From positions 159,340,001-159,404,000 of the forward strand of contig NC_091470.1 in the NCBI RefSeq assembly GCF_036971445.1: a stretch of DNA of 64,000 nucleotides. The letters run 5' to 3'. Shown one piece after another: positions 63,279-64,000 of this stretch; the stretch's first letter is position 1, and each line of letters opens with the position of its first letter. The notes under the pieces were generated by a model. The model was not told the origin of the DNA, did not search any database, and saw only the letters and a list, made by a program, of their open reading frames with translations. The position numbers and the translations under genes are program-made. This DNA comes from Narcine bancroftii (Eukaryota).

Positions 63279-64000
63279 CTTCTTTCTTTGGCTTGGCTTC
63301 GCGGACGAAGATTTATGGAGGGGGTAAAAAGTCCACGTCAGCTGCAGACTCGTTTGTGGCTGACAAGTCCGATGCGGGACAGGCAGACACGATTGCAGCG
63401 GTTGCAGGGGAAAATTGGTTGGTTGGGGATGGGTGTTGGGTTTTTCCTCCTTTGCCTTTTGTCAGTGAGGTAGGCTCTGCGGTCTTCTTCAAAGGAGGTT
63501 GCTGCCCGCCAAACTGTGAGGCGCCAAGATGCACGGTTTGAGGTGATATCAGCCCACTGGCGGTGGTCAATGTGGCAGGCACCAAGAGATTTCTTTAGGC
63601 AGTCCTTGTACCTTTTCTTTGGTGCACCTCTGTCACGGTGGCCAGTGGAGAGCTCGCCATATAACACGATCTTGGGAAGGCGATGGTCCTCCATTCTGGA
63701 GACGTGACCCATCCAGCGCAGCCGGATCTTCAGCAGCGTGGACTCGATGCTGTCGACCTCTGCCATCTCGAGTACTTCGACGTTAGGGATGTAAGCGCTC
63801 CAATGGATGTTGAGGATGGAGCGGAGACAACGCTGGTGGAAGCGTTCTAGGAGCCGTAGGTGGTGCCGGTAGAGGACCCATGATTCGGAGCCGAACAGGA
63901 GTGTGGGTATGACAACGGCTCTGTATACGCTTATCTTTGTGAGGTTTTTCAGTTGGTTGTTTTTCCAGACTCTTTTGTGTAGTCTTCCAAAGGCGCTATT
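63279..64000 (-). mobile_element. RTE-clade LINE 3' part, continues beyond the right edge
   Basis: Closely matches 17470-18183; LRWMGHVSRMEDHRLPK…FPCNRCNRVC; tail agccaagccaaagaaagaa. Confidence 0.93.

Noticed and set aside
62606-63541. 311-aa ORF as a novel gene
   Set aside because: It is L1 ORF1 reading through into the antisense strand of an inserted RTE.

Overview
Vertebrate genomic DNA, very likely a cartilaginous fish (inferred from the CR1, RTE, Rex1/Babar, Penelope and V-SINE repeat complement). Four spliced genes can be read directly from the sequence: the 5' exons of a coiled-coil gene, probably CCDC30 (minus strand, running off the left edge); a complete 16-exon UTP3/SAS10 (plus, 25720-47988, 480 aa); a complete 3-exon PPCS (minus, 49693-56794, 320 aa); and exon 1 of ZMYND12 (plus, 59826-59941). 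The most striking signal is a ~2.8 kb, 22-bp-period minisatellite that fills the PPCS/ZMYND12 divergent promoter; nearly every unit carries CCCT(A/G)GCAAC, the core of an RFX X-box. Other points of interest: an intron-rich UTP3 at the PPCS-CCDC30 locus (human UTP3 is intronless and elsewhere), two consecutive GC-AG introns, a stop plus frameshift in a CCDC30-like exon, a 5'-inverted RTE insertion with an intact TSD, a ~265-bp duplication flanking a LINE fragment, and repeated same-site nesting of transposons. Exon boundaries were derived by hand from splice signals and frame continuity; most repeat boundaries are approximate; no database search was run.
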